A stretch of DNA of 15,023 nucleotides, taken from Nitrospinota bacterium (GTDB lineage: Bacteria > UBA8248). Under the pieces are notes generated by a model. The model ran no database searches, had not been told where the DNA came from, and saw only the letters and a program-made list of their open reading frames with translations. The stretch covers positions 1 through 15,023 of the forward strand of contig JAYGFR010000096.1 in assembly GCA_046581755.1 (NCBI GenBank), given 5' to 3'. Positions 1 through 7,221 of the stretch are shown here, one piece after another; position 1 is the first letter of the stretch; each line of letters opens with the position of its first letter. The translations under genes and the position numbers were made by a program.

Positions 1-182
1 GCCACCTCCAAGATGGGTTTTCCCTGGCTGCGCTCCATCCATTTCCGGAAGATAGGGATTTCAACGGGCCACTCGATTATCCAGGTGGCGATGTGCAGGT
101 GCAAAAAATTGGGATACGAAACGCCTTGATCAGGAATGTGCGCGCAGCCTAACGATACTGGGAAAGGTAGCCAGGACGCCAT
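1..182 (-). CDS. Possible 5' portion of a minus-strand gene running off the left edge; may be a divergent or decayed SAM-binding/methyltransferase-like protein
   Basis: Manual translation: ATG at 182-180, open to position 1: MASWLPFPVSLGCAHIPDQGVSYPNFLHLHIATWIIEWPVEIPIFRKWMERSQGKPILEV. The final GKPILEV resembles the entry into class I methyltransferase motif I. No clear RBS; not in the ORF track. Confidence 0.3.
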   Translation of the reverse strand, partial: MASWLPFPVSLGCAHIPDQGVSYPNFLHLHIATWIIEWPVEIPIFRKWMERSQGKPILEV

Positions 183-314
183 ACGATATTGGCCGCGATG
201 GCTCACAGGAGATGGGTGCGACCCCTTTTTCTGGCGAGATTTCCCAGTTTCGTGAATTTACTCTATTTACCCATCGGGACTCATTCGAATTAATGGAATA
301 ATACTCGGCGGAAA

Positions 315-365
315 ATGAAGATTCGTGCGGCGGCGAGCCTGAAGAGGGAGCCTCCGCCGCATTGA
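315..365 (+). other. Candidate 16-aa leader peptide MKIRAAASLKREPPPH within a nested inverted-repeat region
   Basis: ATG at 315, TGA at 363-365, weak SD-like GGCGGA just upstream. Three Ala and three Pro codons coincide with complementary stem segments. Translation is unproven. Confidence 0.25.
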
Positions 366-434
366 AACCACGATATTCATGGCATGCGGCGGGCTGGCAA
401 TCTTTTCCGCCGATTCTTTTTTCTCCAGGACCCA

Positions 435-1058
435 ATGCATACTTCCGCAACGTGTTTTTCCTCAATGCCACTGGGAGACGCTGTGCGAATTCTCGATATC
501 GGATGCGGCCAGGCGAAAGAGCCCGGGGCCGTCGGGCTCGACGTGAACCCGGCGACAAGCGCGGATGTGCTGGCGGATGTTTCCGGAAGCTCGTTGCCCA
601 TCCTTCCGGACAGCTTCGATCGTATCGTGGTGCGCCACATCGTCGAGCACGTCGAGGACCCGATCCGCTTCATGGAGGAACTCCACGCCGCCGCCCGCGA
701 CGGCGGCGAGATCGAGGGGATCACCCCCCACTTCTCGAACCCTTGCTCGTTCGCCGACCCGACCCACCGGCACCACTTTTCCACCCTGTTCCTGAATTTT
801 TTCCTGAAAGAACAAGACGAGGCTCCGGAGGGCGCGCGCCGATGGGTCAATCGGTTCCTGGAGTGCTACTACCCGGCGATTTCCTTCTACACCGCCGTCC
901 GGTTCGAAATCGTCGAGCTGGAGATCACCTTCTGCCGCCTTCACCGCTGGCTCGGTATCGCCTGGTTCGCGAACCGGTTTCCGGAGATATGGGAATTTCA
1001 CCTATCCGGAATTTTCCGAGCGCGGGATATCCGCTTCAGGCTGCGCGTGTGCAAGTAG
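435..1058 (+). CDS. Class I SAM-dependent methyltransferase (Methyltransf_11-like)
   Basis: Motif I RILDIGCG, acidic GLD, DSFDRI..RHIVEHV, GG.I...TPH and DPTH motifs. ATG 435 follows AGGA (427-430); ATG 465 is an alternative start. TAG at 1056-1058. Confidence 0.85.
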   Translation: MHTSATCFSSMPLGDAVRILDIGCGQAKEPGAVGLDVNPATSADVLADVSGSSLPILPDSFDRIVVRHIVEHVEDPIRFMEELHAAARDGGEIEGITPHFSNPCSFADPTHRHHFSTLFLNFFLKEQDEAPEGARRWVNRFLECYYPAISFYTAVRFEIVELEITFCRLHRWLGIAWFANRFPEIWEFHLSGIFRARDIRFRLRVCK

Positions 1059-1084
1059 GGCCGGCCCTCGCAGGACCTTTCGGT

Positions 1085-2320
1085 TCAAGCCGCGATCACC
1101 CGGAATTGCCGATCCTGGGGAACCAGATGCTCCCAGCCGTCTTTTTTGACGATGACGGAATATTCGATCTGATACCCGCCGAACCCGACGGTGCCCACCG
1201 GCGCTTCGATGTTGATGACCGAATTCTCGGGCAGGGAGATTTCGGAGGAGGCGGGAAGAAACGGCTGGTCGTATTTGACTTCGTCGCTCAGAATAAAGGG
1301 AAACTCGCGCGCCTCAAGCCCGACCGTATGACCGGCGAAGGGGCTGTCGAATTCAGGGAAGCCGGCCTCCTGGATGCCGGCGCTGAGGGCCCGGTAAATT
1401 TGCTGTCCAGTGCATCCTTCTTTGATGACATTGAGTGCCTCGTGAAATCCGGTCTCGACGGCGCTCCATTCCTTCCGCGCCTTTTTGTTCGGCTCCCCGA
1501 TGCTGCCGCAGGAGCCCGTGTCGGCGTTGTAGTTCTTGAAGAAGAGCCCCGCGTCGACCATGAACAGATCGCCCTTTTCGAGTATTCGATCGGTGGGCGG
1601 GAAGATGAAGGCGCTGCGCGATCCGCTGTTGAAGTGGAACCAATGCCACATGGCGCCGGGGCGGGCGACATTCTCCCTCCAGATGGCGGCCACGTCGTTC
1701 TCGCTCATTCCGGGGCGAAGGCAGGCGAAGACCTCGGAGATGGCGTCCTCGTTCACCTGGGCGGCCGCCCGAAGGCGGTCGAATTCCTCGGGCGTTTTGA
1801 CGAGCCGGATCATCAAAAACAGGTTGGCGCCGGGGATGAATTCGCATCCGGGCAGGGCCTTTTTGAGCGAATCGAACAGGGCCGGGGGGCATCCCCCATC
1901 GTCCAGGGCAATGCGCCCGCGGGTGATCCCTCTCGCCTTGAGGGCGACGAGGAGGGCATCGAGGATGGTTTTGTGCCGCGCCCCGCTTTCGGTGAGTTCC
2001 ATGAAGCGCCTTTGTTCATCGTCGGCGGGGGTGAATCCTTCCGGGAAGATGGCGGCGGCGGTTCCACCGTAGCTGTAGACCCGTTCAGGATAGCCCGCAT
2101 AGGCGGAATAATAGGTGTTGTCGGAGCGGGTGAGGATGAGGTCTGTCCCGGCCTCGGGAACGTTCGTCATGACGGCGTAGCTCTGGAGGGTCCGGTAGAC
2201 GCGTTGGGCCCATCCGACGTGGCCGGTCAGGTAGGTGACGTTCTCTAGGGTCGTTCCGATGATGGCGGTCAAATCGTGCTCTTCCATGAGAGCGAGTGCA
2301 CGGTCCTTGTTGAGGAGCAT
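1085..2320 (-). CDS. M24 family metallohydrolase (Xaa-Pro peptidase-like; creatinase-type N-domain plus pita-bread domain)
   Basis: 411 aa. N-terminal ENVTYLTG; linker IRLVKTPEE; metal ligands VDAG (D), YNAD (D), GHTVG (H), NIEAP (E), YQIE (E). GGAGA RBS upstream of the ATG. Confidence 0.9.
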   Translation of the reverse strand: MLLNKDRALALMEEHDLTAIIGTTLENVTYLTGHVGWAQRVYRTLQSYAVMTNVPEAGTDLILTRSDNTYYSAYAGYPERVYSYGGTAAAIFPEGFTPADDEQRRFMELTESGARHKTILDALLVALKARGITRGRIALDDGGCPPALFDSLKKALPGCEFIPGANLFLMIRLVKTPEEFDRLRAAAQVNEDAISEVFACLRPGMSENDVAAIWRENVARPGAMWHWFHFNSGSRSAFIFPPTDRILEKGDLFMVDAGLFFKNYNADTGSCGSIGEPNKKARKEWSAVETGFHEALNVIKEGCTGQQIYRALSAGIQEAGFPEFDSPFAGHTVGLEAREFPFILSDEVKYDQPFLPASSEISLPENSVINIEAPVGTVGFGGYQIEYSVIVKKDGWEHLVPQDRQFRVIAA

Positions 2321-2424
2321 GGTTTGTCTCCGGTAAATGAAAATGGAAGGAATTCCAGGGGGTCGCCAGTGTTGAAGTTACACCAGGAGGTCATGAGAAA
2401 CCAGGCTCTGGGTCCCGGTTGAAG

Positions 2425-2454
2425 TTGAGAATTCACCGGGATCGTGCTTATAAA
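2425..2454 (+). promoter_or_regulatory. Possible sigma70-type promoter for the HD gene
   Basis: TTGAGA (2425-2430), 18-nt spacer, TATAAA (2449-2454) in the divergent intergenic region. Confidence 0.3.
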
Positions 2455-2549
2455 TTTCAGGAAAAGCCGGGCCGGGTGGATGAGGCATCCCGGGCGCCGG
2501 ATTTGGCCCATTATACCGGGCGCGGAATTGGCTTATGAGGAACCAGGAT

Positions 2550-3125
2550 ATGATGCTTGATCGAGGCGCGGCCGAGGCGCTGCTTTTCGAATGGACCCAG
2601 GGAGATAATCTCCGGGCGCATGCCAGGGGCGTAGAGGCCTGCATGCGGGTCTATGCCCGGAAATTCGATGAGGATGAGGAATTGTGGGGGATTACCGGCC
2701 TGCTGCACGATCTTGACTACGAAAAAAATCCCTCCGAACAGGAGCACCCTCAGGTGGGATGCCGCTTCCTCGAGGAAAAGGGATACCCCGACCCGATGCT
2801 TCAGGCCATTCTGGGCCATGCCCAATATCTGGACGTTCCGCGCGCGAGCCGGATGGCCAAGGCCCTTTTCGCGGTGGATGAACTCGTCGGGCTCATCACG
2901 GCGGTGTCCCTTGTCCGACCGAGCAAGGATATCCGGGATGTTCAGCCCAAGAGCATCAAGAAGAAATGGAAGGACAAGGCCTTCGCCAAGGGGGTGAACC
3001 GCGAGGATATCGAAAAAGGGGCTGAAGATCTGGGTGTGCCGCTTTCCGATCATATCGCCCTCTCACTGGAGGCGATGAAATCCGTGGCCGCCGATTTGGG
3101 CCTGGACGGGGTTGCCGCCCGCTGA
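2550..3125 (+). CDS. HD-superfamily metal-dependent phosphohydrolase (COG2316-like)
   Basis: HARGVE, GLLHDLDYE, HP..G, ILGH, ALFAVDELVGLI, KKKWKDKAFAKGVNRE. Start ambiguous among ATG 2535, 2550 and 2553; GAGG and AGGA precede the latter two. Confidence 0.88.
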   Translation: MMLDRGAAEALLFEWTQGDNLRAHARGVEACMRVYARKFDEDEELWGITGLLHDLDYEKNPSEQEHPQVGCRFLEEKGYPDPMLQAILGHAQYLDVPRASRMAKALFAVDELVGLITAVSLVRPSKDIRDVQPKSIKKKWKDKAFAKGVNREDIEKGAEDLGVPLSDHIALSLEAMKSVAADLGLDGVAAR

Positions 3126-3162
3126 GGGGGCGGTAAATTTGACTGAATTGGGAAAGTTTCAA

Positions 3163-3192
3163 TTGACGGCTTCCGCAAAATTCAGTGATAAT
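3163..3192 (+). promoter_or_regulatory. Putative sigma70 promoter for the oxidoreductase operon
   Basis: TTGACG (3163-3168), 18-nt spacer, GATAAT (3187-3192), with AT-rich sequence upstream. Confidence 0.5.
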
Positions 3193-3355
3193 TCTCCGTT
3201 GCGGGTATCGTGTTGATAACAAAATTGTTGGCGGCGTTTGCGTATGGGGGGAATTTGGAGCAAGTTTCGGGTGTCGGGCAGGGATGGAATTCTCTGCCCG
3301 ACTGGATTCGTATTTGCCTTTGCCATGGAAATCGCTCAGAAGGGCTCGCAAGAAA

Positions 3356-5227
3356 ATGGCTGACCATTCGAAAGAAAGCAGTGTGGACGGAAAACCCCGG
3401 AAGAAGGAGATAATCGAAGTCGATACGGTAGCCATCCGGTTTGCCGGCGATTCGGGCGACGGAATGCAGTTGATGGGCGATCGCTTTTCAAGCGCCTCGG
3501 CGATTGCCGGAAACGATCTGAGAACCTTCCCGGATTATCCCGCCGAAATCAGAGCGCCTGTCGGAACCCTGGCCGGCGTGAGCGCCTTCCAGATCAATTT
3601 CAGCAACAAGGACATTCACACGCCGGGTGATGCGCTCGACGTTCTCGTGGCGATGAACCCCGCCGCCATGAAGGCGAACATCGAGGACCTCAAGCGCGGC
3701 GGCACCCTCATTGCCAATACGGATAATTTCACGGAGAAAAATTTCAAAAAGGCGGAGATGGATTCGAACCCGCTTAAGGACGAGGAGTTGCGCAGCAAAT
3801 ACAACGTCATCGAAGTGAATATTACCGAGCTGACCCGGAACGCCCTTGCCGATCTCGAACTCAAATCCAATCTCGCCGACCGGTGCAAAAATTTCTTCGC
3901 CCTGGGGCTGGCGTTCTGGATGTATTCGCGGGAGATGGAGAACACGATAACCTGGATCAAGCAAAAGTTCGGCAGCCGGACCGAAATCGTCGATGCGAAT
4001 ACGCGCGCGCTCAAAATGGGCTACTATTTCGGCGAAAACGCCGAGATCATGGTCAACCAATACCGGGTGAACGAGGCCACCTATCCCGAGGGCAAATACA
4101 GAAACATCACCGGCAACGTGGCCGTGGCCTACGGGTTCATCGCCGCCGCAAAAAAGCTCGGGCTCACGCTGTTCTGGGGCGCCTATCCGATTACGCCCGC
4201 GAGCGATGTGCTCCACGAACTCTCGAAGCACAAGAATATGGGCGTCCTTACTTTTCAGGCCGAAGACGAGATCGCGGCGGCATCGGCCACCCTCGGCGCC
4301 GCCTACGCGGGAGCCCTCGGCGTAACTTGCTCAAGCGGGCCAGGGATCGCCCTCAAGAGCGAGGCCGTCGGCCTGGCCGTCATGACCGAGCTTCCGATGG
4401 TCATCCTCAACGTCCAGCGGGCCGGTCCGAGCACGGGCCTTCCGACCAAGACCGAACAGGCCGACCTTCTCATGGCGATGTATGGGCGGAACAGCGAAAG
4501 CCCGGTGCCCATCGTCGCGGCCAGTACTCCCTCGGATTGCTATCTCGCGGCCATCGAGGCCTCCCGGATCGCGGTGAAATACATGACGCCGGTCATGTTG
4601 CTGACCGACGGCTACCTGGCCAACGGATCGGAGCCCTGGCTTTTTCCCTCCTTCTCCGACCTTCCCGATATGACGGCGAAACACCACGAGGATCCGGAAA
4701 ATTTCGCGCCCTATAGACGCGACCCCGAAACGCTCGCAAGGCCGTGGGCGATTCCAGGCACGACGGGGCTCCAGCACCGGATTGGGGGCATCGAGAAGCA
4801 GGACGGGACCGGAAACGTCAACTACGAGCCCGCCAACCACGAGTACATGGTCCTCACGCGGGCGGAGAAGGTCGCCCGAATCGCCCATGACATTCCTCCC
4901 GCCGAGGTCCTGGGCGAGAAGAGCGGCAAGGTGCTGGTCCTGGGATGGGGCGGCACCTTCGGCGCCATCGCCGCGGCGGTCGAGGCCCTTCAGGCGAGGG
5001 GCGCATCGGTGTCTCAGGTGCATCTCAGACACCTCAATCCGTTTCCCGCGAATCTCAGGGATGTGCTCGAAAGCTTCGAGAAAGTTCTTGTTCCGGAACT
5101 GAATCTTGGCCAGCTCATCAAGATGATCCGCTCAGAGTATGTCATCGAAGTGGTCGGCTATAGTAAGGTTCAGGGGAAGCCTTTTAAAATCAGCGAAATC
5201 ATTACCAAAATCGAGGAGTTGCTCTAA
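3356..5227 (+). CDS. korA: 2-oxoacid:ferredoxin (acceptor) oxidoreductase subunit alpha (fused gamma-alpha type, KorA-like)
   Basis: IRFAGDSGDGMQ, YPAEIR, YPITPAS, QAEDEIAA, SGPGIALKSE, QRAGPSTGLPTKTEQAD. ATG 3356 is preferred over the ORF-track start at 3185. Substrate (2-oxoglutarate or broader) cannot be determined from sequence. Confidence 0.95.
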   Translation: MADHSKESSVDGKPRKKEIIEVDTVAIRFAGDSGDGMQLMGDRFSSASAIAGNDLRTFPDYPAEIRAPVGTLAGVSAFQINFSNKDIHTPGDALDVLVAMNPAAMKANIEDLKRGGTLIANTDNFTEKNFKKAEMDSNPLKDEELRSKYNVIEVNITELTRNALADLELKSNLADRCKNFFALGLAFWMYSREMENTITWIKQKFGSRTEIVDANTRALKMGYYFGENAEIMVNQYRVNEATYPEGKYRNITGNVAVAYGFIAAAKKLGLTLFWGAYPITPASDVLHELSKHKNMGVLTFQAEDEIAAASATLGAAYAGALGVTCSSGPGIALKSEAVGLAVMTELPMVILNVQRAGPSTGLPTKTEQADLLMAMYGRNSESPVPIVAASTPSDCYLAAIEASRIAVKYMTPVMLLTDGYLANGSEPWLFPSFSDLPDMTAKHHEDPENFAPYRRDPETLARPWAIPGTTGLQHRIGGIEKQDGTGNVNYEPANHEYMVLTRAEKVARIAHDIPPAEVLGEKSGKVLVLGWGGTFGAIAAAVEALQARGASVSQVHLRHLNPFPANLRDVLESFEKVLVPELNLGQLIKMIRSEYVIEVVGYSKVQGKPFKISEIITKIEELL

Positions 5228-5229
5228 CC

Positions 5230-6255
5230 GTGGCGATCCAGGCAAAGTCAAACGGGGTTGGACTCAAGCTGTCGCGCAAGGATTTTCAGTCGGATCAAAC
5301 CGTCCGCTGGTGTCCCGGTTGCGGGGATTACGCCATTCTGGCGACCATGCAAAAGCTTCTTCCCCAACTGGGGATGGCCAAGGAGAATTTCGTGTTTGTC
5401 GGCGGGATCGGTTGCGCGGCCCGGTTTCCCTATTACATGGACACCTACGGGTTCCATACCATTCACGGCCGCGCGCCTGCGGTGGCGACCGGCATAAAGG
5501 TGACCCAGCCCGATCTTTCCGTCTGGGTCATCTCGGGCGACGGCGACTCGCTGAGCATCGGGGGAAACCACCTAATCCACGCCATGCGCCGGAACATCGG
5601 CATCAAGATTCTTCTCTTTAACAATCGGATATACGGTCTCACCAAGGGCCAGTACTCGCCGACGTCCCTGGTTGGCACAAAGACGAAATCCACGCCGATG
5701 GGCTCGATCGATTATCCGATTCATCCAATTTCGCTCGCCATCGGTGCAGAATGCACTTTCATCGCCCGCACGGTGGACCGGGACCAAAATCACATGGGCC
5801 AGATGCTGTCCGCGGCCGCCAAGCATGAGGGCACGGCCCTTGTCGAGATCTTGCAAAACTGCATCGTTTTCAACGACGGGGCATGGCACCAGTACACCGA
5901 AAAAGGGATCAAGGAGCAGAACATTCTCTACCTCGAAGAGGGCAAACCCCTTGTTTACGGTCCCGAGGACGATCGCAACGGCGTCCGGCTCCACGATTTC
6001 CGGCTCGAAATCGTTGATGAAGGCTCTCCGGACGTCTCCGTCCACCGGACCGATGATGACGAAGGCGCCTATGTCCATATGCTGAGCCGGCTCGAGTCCG
6101 TTGGAGGGCCGCTTCCCCTCGGTATTTTCCGGGACATCGAGCGCCCGGCGTATGAGGCTCTGCTCGGCGATCAAGTCAGATCCGCCATGGATGCGGGAGA
6201 AGGCACCGTGGACGCCCTTCTTGCCAGCGGGGACACCTGGGATCATAAAAATTAA
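5230..6255 (+). CDS. korB: 2-oxoacid:ferredoxin oxidoreductase subunit beta (TPP- and [4Fe-4S]-binding, KorB-like)
   Basis: WCPGCGD, GIGC, IHGRAP, TPP motif GDGD...NN, YGLTKGQYSPT, QNC. GTG start 2 nt after the alpha-subunit stop. Confidence 0.95.
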   Translation: MAIQAKSNGVGLKLSRKDFQSDQTVRWCPGCGDYAILATMQKLLPQLGMAKENFVFVGGIGCAARFPYYMDTYGFHTIHGRAPAVATGIKVTQPDLSVWVISGDGDSLSIGGNHLIHAMRRNIGIKILLFNNRIYGLTKGQYSPTSLVGTKTKSTPMGSIDYPIHPISLAIGAECTFIARTVDRDQNHMGQMLSAAAKHEGTALVEILQNCIVFNDGAWHQYTEKGIKEQNILYLEEGKPLVYGPEDDRNGVRLHDFRLEIVDEGSPDVSVHRTDDDEGAYVHMLSRLESVGGPLPLGIFRDIERPAYEALLGDQVRSAMDAGEGTVDALLASGDTWDHKN

Positions 6256-6266
6256 CCCGATTGACC

Positions 6267-6305
6267 GGAAGGGCCGCCGGCCAGCGCCGGCGGCCCTTTC
6301 TTTTT
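6267..6305 (+). terminator. Rho-independent terminator after korAB
   Basis: Perfect 13-bp stem AAGGGCCGCCGGC (6269-6281) / GCCGGCGGCCCTT (6286-6298), loop CAGC, followed by TCTTTTT. Confidence 0.85.
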
Positions 6306-6323
6306 CGCGTTGAGGCATCAGCG

Positions 6324-7211
6324 ATGTCCGCTTCCCAACCCGGCAGCCCCTCCCGGCGCCATACCCTCCTCCTGGTTCATGCGCATCCGGACGATGAGTG
6401 CAGCGGCACGGGCGGGCTGATCGTGCGCTGCGCCCAGGAGGGGCACACCACCGTTCTGATCACCTGCACCACCGGCGATCGCGGCGAGGCCAACGGACTG
6501 AGGCTCCTCCCCCGGGAGCGCGCCGAGGATCGCCGCCTCCTGGCGGAGGTGCGCCAGCGGGAACTCGAGGCGGCGGTCCGCATTCTCGGGCTCTCCCATC
6601 ACCACCAGCTCGGCTACGGGGATTCGGGGATGAAGGGGTGGAAGAGCAACGGACTGGCGGAGGTATTCGCAAACGCCGATCTCGGCGAGGCGGCGGAAAA
6701 AATCGCCCGCTTCATTCGCGAATACCGGCCCGATGTCATGATCACCTACGATGAGAAAGGTGGGTACGGCCATCCGGACCACGTCATGGCTCACCGCGCC
6801 GCGATGGCCGCGGCCGGGGTGGCTGCGGATCGGGATCACCTGGCCGATTCGGGGCTGGCCCCCTGGCGGGTCAAGAAAATTTATCATACGGCCTGGGCCC
6901 GCTCGCGGCTTCTCCGCACCTGGCGCTGGATGCGCCGCATAGGGAAGAAGACCCCTCTCGATGATCCGGATTTCGACGAAACACAGGTCGGGACACCGGA
7001 CGAGGAGATCACCACCCGGATCGATATCCGCTCCGTCCTGAAGAAAAAGTGGCGCGCCCTTTTTTCACACAAAAGCCAGATGGGAAACAATTTTTTCTGG
7101 TGGTTTTTCCGGCTGGCGGGGAGGTGGATCTTCCCGGACGAGAGCTTTGTCCTGGTTCGGAGCGAGGTGCCCTCATCGAAGGCCGAGCGCAGCATATTCG
7201 AGGGGCTCTGA
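6324..7211 (+). CDS. PIG-L/LmbE family Zn-dependent deacetylase/amidase, MshB/Mca-like
   Basis: VHAHPDDE, TxGxxGE, RxxE, LGYGDSGM, ITYDEKGGYGHPDH, HKSQ. ATG 6324 with GAGG upstream; the ORF-track start at 6261 would run through the terminator. Confidence 0.9.
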   Translation: MSASQPGSPSRRHTLLLVHAHPDDECSGTGGLIVRCAQEGHTTVLITCTTGDRGEANGLRLLPRERAEDRRLLAEVRQRELEAAVRILGLSHHHQLGYGDSGMKGWKSNGLAEVFANADLGEAAEKIARFIREYRPDVMITYDEKGGYGHPDHVMAHRAAMAAAGVAADRDHLADSGLAPWRVKKIYHTAWARSRLLRTWRWMRRIGKKTPLDDPDFDETQVGTPDEEITTRIDIRSVLKKKWRALFSHKSQMGNNFFWWFFRLAGRWIFPDESFVLVRSEVPSSKAERSIFEGL

Positions 7212-7221
7212 GAGCGGGTTC

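Noticed and set aside
305..413. Known SAM or SAH riboswitch upstream of the methyltransferase
   Set aside because: Could not match the conserved cores of SAM-I or SAH aptamers by eye on either strand; retained only as an unassigned structure.
130..558. 142-aa minus-strand ORF
   Set aside because: Overlaps the methyltransferase start in antisense, has low-complexity Arg/Pro/Ser composition and no motif.
1057..1068. Perfect 12-bp palindrome AGGGCCGGCCCT between convergent genes
   Set aside because: Only a 4-bp stem once a loop is allowed, and no U-tract; not supportable as a terminator.
362..2248. 628-aa plus-strand ORF
   Set aside because: Out of frame with the methyltransferase, then antisense to the M24 gene; no recognisable motifs. 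Typical GC-rich shadow ORF.
3211..3219. DnaA-box-like TGTTGATAA
   Set aside because: Single mismatched copy with no cluster and no origin-associated genes.
3185..3355. 57-aa N-terminal extension of KorA
   Set aside because: Starts at the predicted -10 region and spans the leader hairpin; family similarity begins after Met 3356.
6261..6323. Upstream TTG start for the deacetylase
   Set aside because: Runs through the terminator hairpin; ATG 6324 has an RBS.
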